This document shows positions 26,325 through 43,319 of a stretch of DNA of 64,000 nucleotides, piece after piece. How positions within the stretch are numbered: the first letter of the stretch is position 1; every line of letters starts with the position of its first letter. The translations under genes were made by a program, and so were the position numbers. Under the pieces are notes generated by a model. The model did no database searches, had not been told where the DNA came from, and worked only from the letters and a program-made list of their open reading frames with translations. The stretch is taken from the NCBI RefSeq assembly GCF_009914755.1, contig NC_060929.1; one strand, 5' to 3'. This DNA comes from the human T2T-CHM13v2.0 reference genome, Homo sapiens.

Positions 26325-29300
26325 CTTGTTTTATTTTTTAATTAATTTATTTGATACTTACTAATCAATCAAGTTCATTCTGTCTTTTCCTCTGATTTGG
26401 GGCCCTATTTTTCCATGTTGAATATATTTATTTTATTAAACAACAAAATTCATCATACAATAAATTATAAAAGGTATCTGATTTTTTCATCCTCATTTTG
26501 CAGTAGTCAGAATGGATAGACTTACATAGTCATTTACTCTACAATTTTAAAGTGAAATCATTTTTATCTTTCAATATCCGATCAAAGTAGAAAACATCCT
26601 CTGTATGGTAGTTGAAGAAAACTAATACCATAAAATGTTGAGGAAAAGCAAGACAACAATAAAGTGTTTATTGAGTACTTATATTATGCCAAGCAATATT
26701 GTGAGTGGTCTGTGTTTAAGAGCACAGATTCTAGAATCTGATTTTTTGAGATTTTTGAACCTAATTATTTTACATCCCATTTGTGTGATTTGGAGTAAAA
26801 TATTGATTCTCTATGGCCTTCTGGTGCGTAATTTATGAGATTAAAATAATAACAATATGTATCTCACTAGACCACATAAAGATAAAATATGTTATTTCGG
26901 TGGCTTTGTCTTTTTCCCACCAAACTCTTTTATAAATACAGAGAACCTTATATGTGAGAGGCAAAAACAGAGAGGCAAAAGCAAAACTATTCTTTTGAAA
27001 TGGGTAAGAGGGCTCCTTGCCTTATTCTCCCTTGTATGTGTTCTACTCCTTCCCTCAAACCAGGTAGCTGAAGAAAGTACCTCTTCAGAAATATAGGCAT
27101 TAAAGGAACAGAAATAAAAAAGAGAGAGATGTCTAGTATTTTTTATCAGAAATGAATCATCAAGCTACATGGTTAATTTTGCCTTAAATAGAATTTTGCT
27201 ATCTTCTGAGTGGCATAGATAAGTAGGAAGGAATGATATATATTTTCTTTCTTTACATCATCACCACAAACATTCAACTTACTATAAGCAAGTCACTATG
27301 CCATGTTTTGGGTATGCAAGTAATAAATAATTGGGCATAGGCAGCATGGGGCTGGTGTCTCTCTGTGTTGTTTCAGAGGTCAGGAAGAAACTTGTCCTTA
27401 ATGATAGACAAATCTTGGCATCAGATTCTGGCCTCACCATTTACTAGCTGAAAACTGTATGAAAGTTAGAAAACCTCTCTGAGACTGAGTTTGTTTGTTT
27501 TAAATTTTATCATATGGCAACCTTCAATGAATATTTTGAAGAATTCTGATGATATAAGGTCACAAGTTGATTGATTGTGATATACCTCTTAGGGCTTTCC
27601 ATATAGTGTTAGTAATTTACTATTTCTCTAAGGGATGTTTAAACAATTATCTCTGTCTGGAACTACACATGGTGCTTACAGCAGTCTCTGACTTTATCAA
27701 TGTGAATCAATAAATCCAATCTGATATTTTATTCTGGAAAGACCCAGGTTTGGCTCCAACTTGTTTTGACCACTACCAATATGTAGACTTTCTTTTGCCC
27801 ATTATTGGCCCTAATCCTTATCTACATGAATATATCTTAGCCTAATCCACTAAGAGTAATTGTGCATGTATGATACCTGGATCAAATAATTTGGCACTCT
27901 TAACTTTAAAAGGAAACAGAACAGTCATTGAAAGCTCAAGTTTTTAAAAAATTAAACTTATATTACCATACTATAAGATTATAAGTGCTGAGTGACCTTC
28001 CTAGATGGCGGTTGCTTCATCTTAAATCATGTAAATAGATAAATCAAGAAAAAACTCATTATGAAAATGTACTTGATTTACATGTGCTAAATGCTTACAA
28101 CATTCTGCTATAGAAAAATATACACTTTTTGAGGGAATTAGGGGAGAAAATGATGGATAGGAGACAGAATTAATTTGAAGCCCCTACTTGGATAGACAGA
28201 GCAGCCTGTGGTGGAGGCACATCATGAACTTTAGGTCCATGACCTACTGCAGGAACATCCCAGGAAAGCTGAGAAAATCCATGGACGCTTTGAAGGAAGT
28301 GAATTGCTGCTGCAGGCTCAAGGAGACAGCCAAAAAACTGTGAGTGCCCAAAGTGTGAAGGTGTGAAAGGGAGATCATCTGCCGCCTCGAAACGCACATC
28401 CTCACTGGGAAAGCTAAAGGTCCAGGTCGCAGGAGATGGATTTGACCTCACCTGGAGCTGATATGAATTTATAGAGCCCAGTGAAACAAAGGTGTAGAGG
28501 AAGCAGCAGCAAGAGCCCTGTGGGCACTCTCAGTGCCCAGAGAAACATTTGTGACTTTGTCTCATAGACGTCCTTTGGGAGGGCTACCAGGAGAATTAGG
28601 GAAAGATCACAGGGAGAAGGAAACTTCCAGCTGACCTTAGTAACAATTTTAACCAAACGAGAAGTTTCCTGGACAAAACCTGGGGGAGGGGGCAAACCAA
28701 GAGTTCAGAAAGGAGAACAGAAGCCATGGCAGGCGGGGAGGTGCAAAACCTGAAAGTCCTGCTTGCTTTCTTAGCAGGAAGGCTTATAGCCTGCGACAAG
28801 TTCTCAACCCTGCTCACTCACTGCCTGATAATAAACTTGGTGTTGTGTGGGGCACAATGGGAGTGCGACCAGCCTTGTAGGCTGTGTGGGAGCTGGGTGA
28901 GGCCTGTAAATGCCAGTTGTCCCCCACTTCCTTGGCTACCTGTAAAATTCAGCATAGGCAGCCATAATCTTAGGAACATAGTTCCAATGGCCTGAGAACC
29001 ACACCCCCATCCTCAACAGCAGCGACAGCAAGCCCTGCCAGAGGAAAGTCTGAGCTCAGACATGCCCAACACTGCCCCCACCTGATGGTCTTTCTCTACC
29101 CACCCTGGTAGTCAAAGACAAAGGACGTAATCTCTTGGCAGCTCTATGGCCCTGCCCACTGCCTGAGAAACCAAGTACTTATCCAGCTGACCCTAGAGCA
29201 AGCTCGCATCCTCCCTATACTACCACAGGTGATGCTGTCTTGAAAGTGCTACTTCCTGGCTGGAGGCCAACCACACAAAACTAGAGCCATAAACAAAAAT

Positions 29301-31401
29301 ACCAAGGAACCTCACAGAGTTCACTTCACTCCTGTGCTACCTCCCCTGGAGCAGGTGCTGGTATATATGGCTGAGAGACCTGAAGATGGATCAGGATGTC
29401 ACGACTTTTTGTAGATACTCCCCAGTACCAGACGAACACCTAGTAGCTCTGTTGGATGGCTAGATCCAGAAGAGAAATAACAATCACTGCAGTTTGGCTC
29501 TCAGGAAGCTACAACCCTAGGGGAAGAGGGACAGCACCACAGTAAGGAAGCACCCTGTGGGACAAAAGAATCTGAACAGCAGCACTTGAGTCCCAGATTT
29601 TCCCTCTGACATAGTCTATCCAAATAAGAAGGAACCAAAAAACAATGCTGGTAATATGACAAAACATGGTTCTTTAATACCGCCAAAAGATCAAATCAGC
29701 TCACCAGCAATGGACCGAAACCAAGAAGAAATCTCTGGATTGCCAGAAAAAAAAATTCAGAAGGCTAATTATTAAGCTACTCAAGGAGGCACCAGAGAAA
29801 GATGAATACCAACTTAAATAAAGTTTTAAAATGTTACAGGATATGGAAGAAAAAATCTCCAGGGAAATAGTTACCATAAATAAGAAACAATCACAACTTC
29901 TGGAAATGAAGACCACACATAAAGAAATGCAAATACACTGGAAAGTCTCAGCAATAGAATTGAACAGGTAGAAGAAAAAACTTCAGAGCTTGAAGACAAG
30001 GCTTTTGAATTAATCCAACACAACAAAGACAAAGAAAAAATTTTTCAAAATGAATAAAGCCTTCAAGAAATTTGGAATTATGTTAAATGACCAAACCTAA
30101 GAATAATTGGTGTTCTGGAGGAAGAAGATAAATCTAAACATTTGGAAAACATATTTGAGGGGATAATCATGGAAAGCTTTCCCAGCTTTGCTAGAGATCT
30201 AGATATCCTAAAACAACAAGCTCAAAGGACACCTGGGAAATTCATTGCAAAAAGATCATTGCCTGGGCACATGCTCATCAGGTTATCTAAAGTTAAGAAA
30301 AATGAAAGAATCTAAAGAGTTGCAAGGAAAAAGCCTTGGGTAATCTATAAAGGAAAACCTATCAGTTTAACAGCGGATTTCTCAGCAGATCCCTACAAGC
30401 TAAAAGGGAATGGGGTCCTATCTTTAACCTCCTAAACAAAATGATTATCAGCCAAGAATTTTAGATCCAGCAAAACTAAGCTTCATAAATGAAGGAAAGA
30501 CACAGTCTTTTTTAGACAAACAAATGCTGAGCAAATTTGCCATTACCAAGCCAGCATTACAAGAACTGCTAAAAGGAGCACTAGATCTTGAAATAAATCC
30601 TTGAAGTACATCAAAAAAGAAGCTCCTTAATGCATAAATCTCCCAGGACCAAAAAACAACAACACAATAAAAAAACCCAAGGTACTCATGCAACAAATAG
30701 CATAAGTAATAGAATGGTACCTCATATCTCAATACTAATGTTAAATGTAAATGGCTTAAATGCTCCACTTAACAGATACAGGATGACAGAATGGATAACA
30801 ATCCACCAATCAAATATATGCTGTCTTTAAGAGACTCACCCGACACATAAGGACTCACATAAACTTAAGGTAAAGGTGTGGAAAAAGATATTCCATGCAA
30901 ATATACACCATAAGCAAGCAGGAGTAGCTATCAGACAAAACAAAGTTTAAAGCAACAGCAGTAAAAAAAGGCAAAGAGAGACATTACATGATGAAAAGAC
31001 TTGTCCAACAGGAAACTATCACGATCCTAAATATATATGCACCTAACACTGGAGCTCTCAAATTTATAAAACATTTACTGCTAGATCTAAGAAATGACAT
31101 AGACAGCAACACAATAATAGTGGGGGGCTTCAGTACTCCATGGAGAGCACTAGACAGGTAATCAAGACAGAAAGTCAACAAAGAAACAACGAACTTAAAC
31201 TATACCTTCAAACAAATGAGGTTAACAGATATTTATGGAACATTCTACCCTACAACTGCAGAATACTCATTCTATTCATCAGCACATGGAACATTCTCCA
31301 AAACAGACCATATGATAGGCCACAAAACAAATCTCAATCAATATAAGAAAATCAAAGTTATATCAAGTACTCTCTCAGACCACAAGAATAAAATTGAAAA
31401 T

Positions 31402-34017
<2,616 letters not shown>

Positions 34018-35126
34018 GAAATCAACTCCAAAAGGAACCCTCAAAACTATGCAAGTACATGAAAATTAAATAACCTGCTCCTAATTGATCATTGGGTCAA
34101 CAATGAAATCAAGATGGAAATTTAATAAGTCTTTTAACTGAATGATAATAATGACAAAACCTATCAAAACCTCTGGGATACAGCAAAGGCGATGCAAAGA
34201 GGAACGTTCATAGCATTAAATGCCTATATCACAAAGTCTGAGAGAGCACAAATAGTCAATCTAAGGTCACATGTCAGGAACTAGAGAAACAAGAACAAAC
34301 CAAATCCAAACGAAGCAGAAAAAAAAAAAATAACAAACATCAGAGCAGAACTAAATGAAATTGAAAAAAAAAAAAAGATAAATGCAACAAAAAACAGGTT
34401 CTTTGAAAAGATAAATAAAATTGATAGGTCATTAGCAAGATTAACCAAGAATAGAGAAGATCCAAATGAACTCAATTAAAAACAAAATGGTAGATGTTAC
34501 AACTGATAGAACAGAAATACAGAAGATCATTCAAGACTACTATGAGCACATTTACATGCATAAACTAGAAAACCTAGAAGAGATGGATAAATTCCTGGAA
34601 ATATACAACCCTCCTAGATTAAACCAGGAAGAAATAGAAACATTGAACAAACCAATAGCACGCAGTGAGATTGAAATGGTACTAAAATAAAATTGTCAAC
34701 AAGAATGTCCAGGACCAGACAGATTCACAGCTGAATTCTATTAGACATTCAAAGAAGAATTGGTACCAATCCTATTGACACTATTCCACAAGCTAGAGAA
34801 ACAGAGAATCTTCCCTAAATCATTCTATGAAGCCAGTATCACCCTAATACGAAAACCAGGAACGGACATAACAAAAAAAAGAAAACTACAGACCAATATC
34901 CCTAATGAATACAGATGCAAAAATCCTCAACAAAATACTAGCTAACAGAATCCAACAGCATATCAAAAAGATAATCCACCATGATCAAGTGGACTTAATA
35001 CCTGAAATGTGGGGATGTTTTAACATATGTACTTCAATAAATGTGATAAACAGAATTAAAAATAAAAATCACATGATCATCTCAATAGATGCATAAAAAG
35101 CATTTGACAAAATCCAGCAACCCTTT

Positions 35127-35558
35127 ATGATTAAAACCCTCAGCAAAATCGGCATGGAAGGGACATACTTTAATGTAATAAAAGCCGTGTATGACAAACA
35201 CAGAGCCAACATTATACTGAACAGGGAAATGTTGAAAGAATTCCCCCTGAGAACTGGAACAGGACAAGGATGCCCACTTTCACCACTTCTATTCAGTATA
35301 GTGCTGGAACTCCTAGCCAGAGCAATCAGACAAGAGAAAGAAATAAAGGGCATCCAAATCAGTAAAGAGGAAGGCAAACTGTCACTGTTTGCTGATGATA
35401 TGATTGAATTCCTAGAAAACCCTAAAGGCTCATCTAAAAAGCTCTTAGAACAGATAAAAGAACTCAGCAAACTTTCAGGATACAAAATTAATGTACATGT
35501 ATCAGTAGCCCTGCTATACACAAACAGTGACCAAGTTGAGAATCAAATCAAGAACTGA
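35127..35558 (+). pseudogene. Longest open remnant of L1 ORF2p reverse transcriptase
   Basis: Translation has [13 protein letters not shown] and LFADDM (RT motifs), but surrounding frameshifts and stops make it non-functional. Confidence 0.9.
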
Positions 35559-36847
35559 ACCCCTTTTATAATGGCTGCAACAATAATATAAAATACTTAG
35601 GAATATACCTAACCAAGGAGGTGAAAGACCTCTACAAGAAAAACTACAAAACACTGCTGAAAGAAATCATAAATGACACAAACAGATGGAAACACATTTC
35701 ATGCTCATGGGTGGGTAGAATCAATATTATGAAAATGAGCATACTGCCGAAAGCCATCTACAAATCCAATGAAATACCCATCAAAATACCAATATCATTA
35801 TTCACAGAGGTATAAAGAGCAATCCTAAAATTCTTATGAAACTAAAAACAAGACCACATAGCCAAAGCAAGACTAAGCAAAAAGAAAAAATCTGGAGGTA
35901 TCACACTACATGACTTCAAACAAAAACATAAAGCGGGGAAAGGACACCCTATTCAACACATGGTGCTGGGATCATTGGCAAGCCACATGTAGGAGAATGA
36001 AACTGGATCCTCATCTCTCACCTTATACAAAAATCAACTTAAGATGGATCAAAGACTTAAATCTAAGACCTGAAATCATAAAAATTCTAGAAAATAACAC
36101 TGGGGAAATGCTTCTAGAAACTGGCTTAGGCAAAGACTTCATGACCAAGAGCCCAAAAGCAAATGCAACAAAAACAAAGATAAATAGATGGGACTTAGTT
36201 AAACCAAAAAGCTTCTGCACAGCAAAAGAAGCAATCAGCACAGTAACACAGACAACCCACAGAATGGAAGACAATCTTCACAATTTATACATCTGACAAA
36301 TGACTAATAACCAGAATCTACAAGGAACTCAAATAAATCAGGAAGTAAAAAACAAACAATTCCATCAAAAAGTGGGCTAAGGACATGAACAGAATTCTCA
36401 AGAGAAGATATATAAATGGCCAACAAACATGAAAAAATGCTCAACATCACTAATAATCACGGAAATGAAAATCAAAACCACAATGCAATACCACCTTACT
36501 CCTGCAAGAATGGCCACAATTAAAAAATAAAAAAAAAAAGAAATAGATGTTGGCATGGATGTGGTGAAGAAGGAGCACTTTTAGACTGCTGGTGAGAATG
36601 TAAACTAGTATAACCACTATGAAAAACAGTGTGGAGATTCCTTAAAAAACTAAAAGTAGATCTGCCATTTGATCCAGCAATCTGACTACTGGGTATCTAC
36701 CCAGAGGAAAAAAAGTCATTGTAAGAAAAAGATACTTGCACTCACATGTTTATAGCAGCACAATTTGCAATTGCAAAAATGTGGAACTGGCCGAAATGCC
36801 CATCAATCAATGAGTGGATAAAGAAAATGTGATGTATAAAAGAAAAT

Positions 36848-36884
<37 letters not shown>

Positions 36885-36990
36885 AAGAAACAGAGATTCA
36901 CTTGCAATTTTAGGAAAATTCTATATTTTTCATTCACGTATGTCTTTTATATGTGTCTAAAAATCTCACTATAAATGAAATATGTATATG

Positions 36991-37035
<45 letters not shown>
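36848..37035. repeat. (TG)n(AG)n / non-L1 insert / (CA)n block inside the L1PB1 3'UTR. The insert is a diverged direct repeat of 37709-37820
   Basis: caattttaggaaaattct...atttttcattcacgtatgtctttta.atgtgtctaa occurs at ~36905-36960 and ~37743-37801. Confidence 0.92.
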
Positions 37036-37036
<1 letters not shown>

Positions 37037-38261
37037 ATGGAATACTACTCAGCCCTAAAAAGAAATTAAATAATGGCATTCAAAGCAAGCTGGATAGAAA
37101 TGGAGACCATGGAGACCATTATTCTAAGTGAAGTAACTCAGGAATGGAAAACCAAACACCCTATGTTCTCACTCATAAATGAGAGCTAAGCTATGAGGAT
37201 GCAAAGGTATAAGAATGATAAAATGGACTTTGGGGACTTTGGGGAAAGGGTGGGAGGGGGTGAAGGATAAAAGGCTATACATTGGGTAGCGTGTACACTG
37301 CTTGGGTGATGGGAGCACCAAAATCTCAGAAATCACCACTAAATAAATTATTCATGTAACCAAACATCACCTGTTCCCCAAAAACCTATTGAAATAAAAT
37401 GTTTTTTAAATTAAAAAAAATGTTGTTGTCACTGTATAAGGACTTCACTAATGTACTTAGCATTCTTGATATGATAAAATCCTATCATCTATGCTTATTT
37501 AAAAAAAGAGAAAAATATATACTTTTTATGATAAATATGATTAACAAATATGTAATATTTTAGTCCCATTTCTACATTTAGTTTCCCAAGGTTTATAAGC
37601 ATAAATAAAATACATTAGGAATAACTAAAGAAGTATATACATGTTTATATTAGATTTTAATTTTATATATATTTTATATACATGTAGAGAGCATATATGC
37701 ATATATTTGTGTGTGTGTGTGTGTGTGTGAGATATGCACTCACAATTTTAGGAAAATTCTTCTACATTTTTCATTCACGTATGTCTTTTACATGTGTCTA
37801 AGAATCTTGTTAGAAATGAATTAAAAATCAAAGTAAATTGATTTCTACCTTTGAATAAGGTGGTACTTTTAGTTTTTGACAACCCAGTGGGATCCTGTTT
37901 GATATTCTTCTTAGTTCTTCTGTGAAGCCTAACCATGTGTATGTTAAAGACAAAATGAAATAAAACAAATGACCCTGATACAGTCTCAACTAAGAGAATC
38001 CTTGAATAAAATTGTGGGCTGTAACTAGACCTTCTTCCTATCATCTAGAAGGTCGGATTCTACAGAGTGGCATTAGGAATCAGAGGTCTATCTCACTGTT
38101 CAGCATGAGTACTCTTGTTTCAGGAATATTTCAAAGTAAAGCTAACTGAAAGAAGTTTTTGACTCTGAGAAGAGTGCTCCTTGGGACCTTACCTTATAAA
38201 TTAAGAGAGGTTTTCTCTTATTCTTATTGTAGTAACTGGGAGGAAGGAAGCATGATAATTA

Positions 38262-38664
38262 TGACAGATTAATGCTGTCCATCAAAATTATATTTTCTCC
38301 CTCTTTTTAGGTGAATAGCAGGATTGGGTTTTCCTGCCACCTTTAAATGTGATTATGTGACTGGTTCCAGCCAATGAAATGTGAGAAGTGAAGCATGCCA
38401 GTTTGGCGCAAGAAGTTTTAAGTGCAAGCACACTGACAATGTGCACTGTTCTTTACTTTTGAAATGGTGATTTGTGTGTTCTAGATAGTGGCTGTTGTGT
38501 CATCATCAGGTCCAGAGAGAGAACATGATGACACAGAGCAGAGTTCTGTAGCTGACCTGAAATGGACATGTACCATGTCTGAAAAATAAATCATTTTTTA
38601 ACCCTTTGAGCTTTTTGCATGTATTTATTATGGTAGCATAACTTAGCATATCCTGACTGAAGCA
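38262..38664 (+). mobile_element. MLT1J-like LTR
   Basis: atgtgactggttccagccaatgaaatgtgagaagtga...atggacatgtaccatg...aaaataaa...agcataacttagcatatcctgactga. Confidence 0.75.
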
Positions 38665-38799
38665 ATAAAGTATTAAACTACTGGTTTTAGAAGTATACCA
38701 TATTATACCATAATCATGACAAGAGTGTTATCATTCTGTATAGCAGTTCTTTTCACTTTGAAATTCTTGTATTTTCCCACTTATGTATTAAATTCTTAA

Positions 38800-39005
38800 A
38801 TCTATCATCTGACTGAATCCTTACAATGACTTTAAGAAATAAATTAAACTTCTCTCCTACTCGTACATTAGAGAAAACAGAGGCTTATAGAAATTAAGTA
38901 AAGTCCCTAATACCACACAGCAAGTAAGTAGAGGCAGATCTCAAATACAGATTTATTTTAAACGGCAAATCTCATACCCTTAAACATTATGTTACATTAT
39001 TTCTC
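38800..39005 (-). mobile_element. MIR relic
   Basis: gagaaaacagaggcttatagaaattaagta...ccacacagcaagtaagtagaggcag core. Confidence 0.6.
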
Positions 39006-39570
39006 TTATACAATGCCCCAAATCAACAAATAAAATGAACTAACCAAACATTGAATAGTTAGCAACTAAGTTACTGTTTTATCCATGTGTATCCAGGAAC
39101 TATATAAGTGGGAGGTGAGGAAGTGGTAGCTGAAGGATCATACAAAAATGAATACATTAAGTCTCATAATGAGCAAGCTGGAGATTGGGACAATGTGGCG
39201 AGGAAATTGAATTGAGAGTCAGGGGTATGCACCTGGAAGCAGGAAACAGGAAGGAACAAAGCACTGGAGCATGACATGTTGAACCTGAAGTGGCCCATAT
39301 CAGAGAAGACTGGTCATGCCGAAGTGATGAAAACCATAGTTACATAGTGGAAGAACTTAGGGAAATTAAGGGTTCCAGAGTAAAAATGGCCAACAAATGA
39401 AAGTATGAGTGCACAAATAGGATAAACTTTACAATCATTGCTGTCAAGTATCCAATATTAGCACAGTGTGTATACCTAATGATATCTGGAATGGATTTGC
39501 ACTATGGAAAGTGTGAAAAACTGGTGAAGGTAATTTGTATTTATTTTGTACATCTAAACTTCTGCAATGA

Positions 39571-39906
<336 letters not shown>

Positions 39907-42900
39907 ATTATCTGTTTTATGTATATTATCTATATAGATTATAAAGAATGCTTGTGGTTATTTATTTTTCATATAAGATGAGTAAATACCTTACATTTAA
40001 ACTTAGTGGAAAATTTCTAAAAATAAATGGGAAATTTTAAATAAATGACACTGAACATGTAGATATTTTAGATAATGATTTGAAAGCAAAGTATATTTCT
40101 TAAGATATACTTCTAAACATCAAAATCTTAAAAACTGGGAGAATCAAAACACTATATATGTTTGGGTTCTTTGAGACCCACAAATAAAGATATAATTGGG
40201 TGTGCATTTTTGTCCATAATATTTCAGGACTGCATATTAACCAGTTCTAAGGTGCAGTGAAGTTTTCTTTTTTAATATATTGAATTATAAAAAGTATCAC
40301 TTTGAAATGATCTGTAGGTCACCTAGTATAGTTAGAGAGCAAATATGATGATTTTAGAATCCTTTTTTAAAGCACAGAATTGTAATAAACAATGAATCAA
40401 ATTATCAAATATTTTCCCAACCATTTTTGCTCAATATATTTAGCAATTAGAGATTTATCATGTGTAAGCTTTATTCCAAATAAAACAAGGATTAGGGAAA
40501 TGCACAATTAAATAGTCAAATGTTTATTTAAAGATGATTTTCTTGAATCTCCTTTAAATAGGGAACAATTATACTTAAATTGTTATTCTTCTTTTCATAA
40601 ACCTTCTTATTCTCTGTTTGAATTCATAATGATGTGGGGTATTATCATATGAAGTGAAGCATTGTGGAACATTACACAAAGCTTTAGAGTTAAAAAATAA
40701 AGCTGAACAACTTTCACATTTTTGGCTAAAGATTTTGTTGTCATGGTTTATAATAGCATTCACACAGTCTCATCAGTCTTAGGTGGTTGAAGATTTATTC
40801 CTTGGTAGTTTTAATTTTTGTTATTTTTATTTTATATTATAGGCAGACATGAAGACCATGACATCATTGAGAAAGACCACCAGCTGCCCAAGACAAACTT
40901 CTAAACAGTCTACATTTAAGCTTATGTTGCTTTTTCCATGAACCCCAAAGTACATCTTCAAACTCATCATAGGTGGCTGAATTCTAGCATCTATTACAAA
41001 GATCTAATACAAGGATCACTGGTCCAGTCAATAGTGACTGGGGAGGTTAGGGTGAAGACACAAAGCATGAAGGTCCAGGTGCAAGTTTATGCTCATGACT
41101 ACTCTGGCAAACTGATTCTTGGAACAATATCATTTAGACATTCATGAACTAGCTATACAAAAGCAATACAAAGCGACAATTCTTATTTCATGGTATTAAA
41201 AAAAGTTGTTTTTTCTATTGAACTTCCCATGAATTTTTATCTAAAATAACATGTTGTCGTAGATTCCTTGTTTACTTTATCCCTGATACTATTTCTGGCT
41301 TATTTGGAATTTCCCAAATCTGCCTTTAGATCACAATTTATACTCCACAGCTCAACCCCTTGAGCTATCTGGATCTACCCATATAAACTAGAAACCTAAT
41401 TCTAAGTTTTTTGAAGATGACACAATTCTAATATGTGATATCATATCATAAGCCCTACTAAGATAGCCTAAATTATTTTATAGTTGCTGAGAAACGAAGG
41501 TACTAAGTTTAAATTCTGTAAGTCTATGAACAGCTATTTTTCTGGACCAGTACCTAATTTTGTCGAACATAAAAAAAGTTGTCTGGTTTCTTTCAAGACA
41601 ATTTAGATTTTCTAATTTCTGTGAGAACTACAGCCAAAACTTCCAAAATGAGAGATTCTTTGAATTCAGCTGTCCATTAAAGTGTTGTCCAATGCCTGCT
41701 TTTGCTGTCAATTTGTTATACTTAAACACTGTGTGAAGAATTAAATTAGAATAAGCGTAATTCACTTTGATCTCAGTTATGACATTCCTTACTTTCTGTG
41801 TAATACACAACCTGTCTTATGAGTTGCAAACTATATTAACCTTGAATATATCAACATTTTAGCCTAATGTGCCCTTCCAATATTTTCTGATCTGATATGT
41901 GCCACCAATCAATACATTTCAGACACTTTTTCATACTCCACAAAGCTGTTAACATGTTAATCTATTCAGTCTATTCTTGTCCTTCACATGTCCTGACATT
42001 TTTAACTACTTAAAATAGAGGCATTTTCATCTTAAAGTCTTTATACAAGATTTTATTTCCAATACATCTCTTATACCTTGCCAACATTCTTAAGTATTCA
42101 AAAATGAGTTTTTTCTTTCTCGTTTATGAGCATGCCAGAGTATATCCAGTGATGGGGTGGGTGGGGCGGGGGTACACTCTAAAGCCATGTAGGTCTTCAC
42201 GTTCTGTAATATTTATTCCTTCTTTAAAATTTTTCTCTATAGGCTTCGCCATGAAATTTCACAGAGTACAAAAATATTTATTTTCATATTCAGTTGGGAC
42301 AGGGTCCCCAAGTCATATTCATTATATAAATTTGTCAATATTGTAATCAAAATCTATTCATTACTTTAGACTGTATACAGTGATTTCAAATAAATCATTC
42401 ATTTAACTAGGCATGTGTACCATTCTTCATTTTAAGGAGAGGTGCCAAGGAGTGTAATGACTTGCCTTAAATTATGTAGCTAGAAAGTGTGAAAAGATTC
42501 CAACTCAGGAACTCTACTTTCAAATAGTCTGAACGTCCTATCAGACTATTTGACCCTAACTTCTCACTGCTGGACTTAACAATATGTCATGATTTAAAAG
42601 ATAATAAGAATTATACCGTGATGTAGTGATGCTCTAAATTACTTAAAGATTTTGCATTGATACATGAAAAGGGACAGAGGGAGAATGAAAGCCGTGACCT
42701 CACTTTCAGGAATGTTATAGTGAAAATTATATTTATATTTTCTGTTTAATTATGCAGTAGTTGATAAGAGCAAAGTTACCTAAATACTAAAGCTGGAACA
42801 AGTTCTATTCATTCTAATTATTTATTGTTTATCCCATCCTGAACAGGAAAAACAAATACAACCATTTAACCCTTCCCATGCCTCCAGCTTTCACCTGATT

Positions 42901-43019
42901 ATTTTGATCTCACATACAAGCCCCTTAACTCATTTTTTTTTCTTTCTTTTGACTGCATCTTCTATTACACTATGAACTCAGCTGTGATATAATATAGGGC
43001 AGATAGAAGTAGCTCAATA

Positions 43020-43319
<300 letters not shown>

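Noticed and set aside
40842-40925. + strand acceptor-like site followed by a short open stretch (RHEDHDIIEKDHQLPKTNF*)
   Set aside because: No partner exon or recognisable protein, and such motifs are common by chance.
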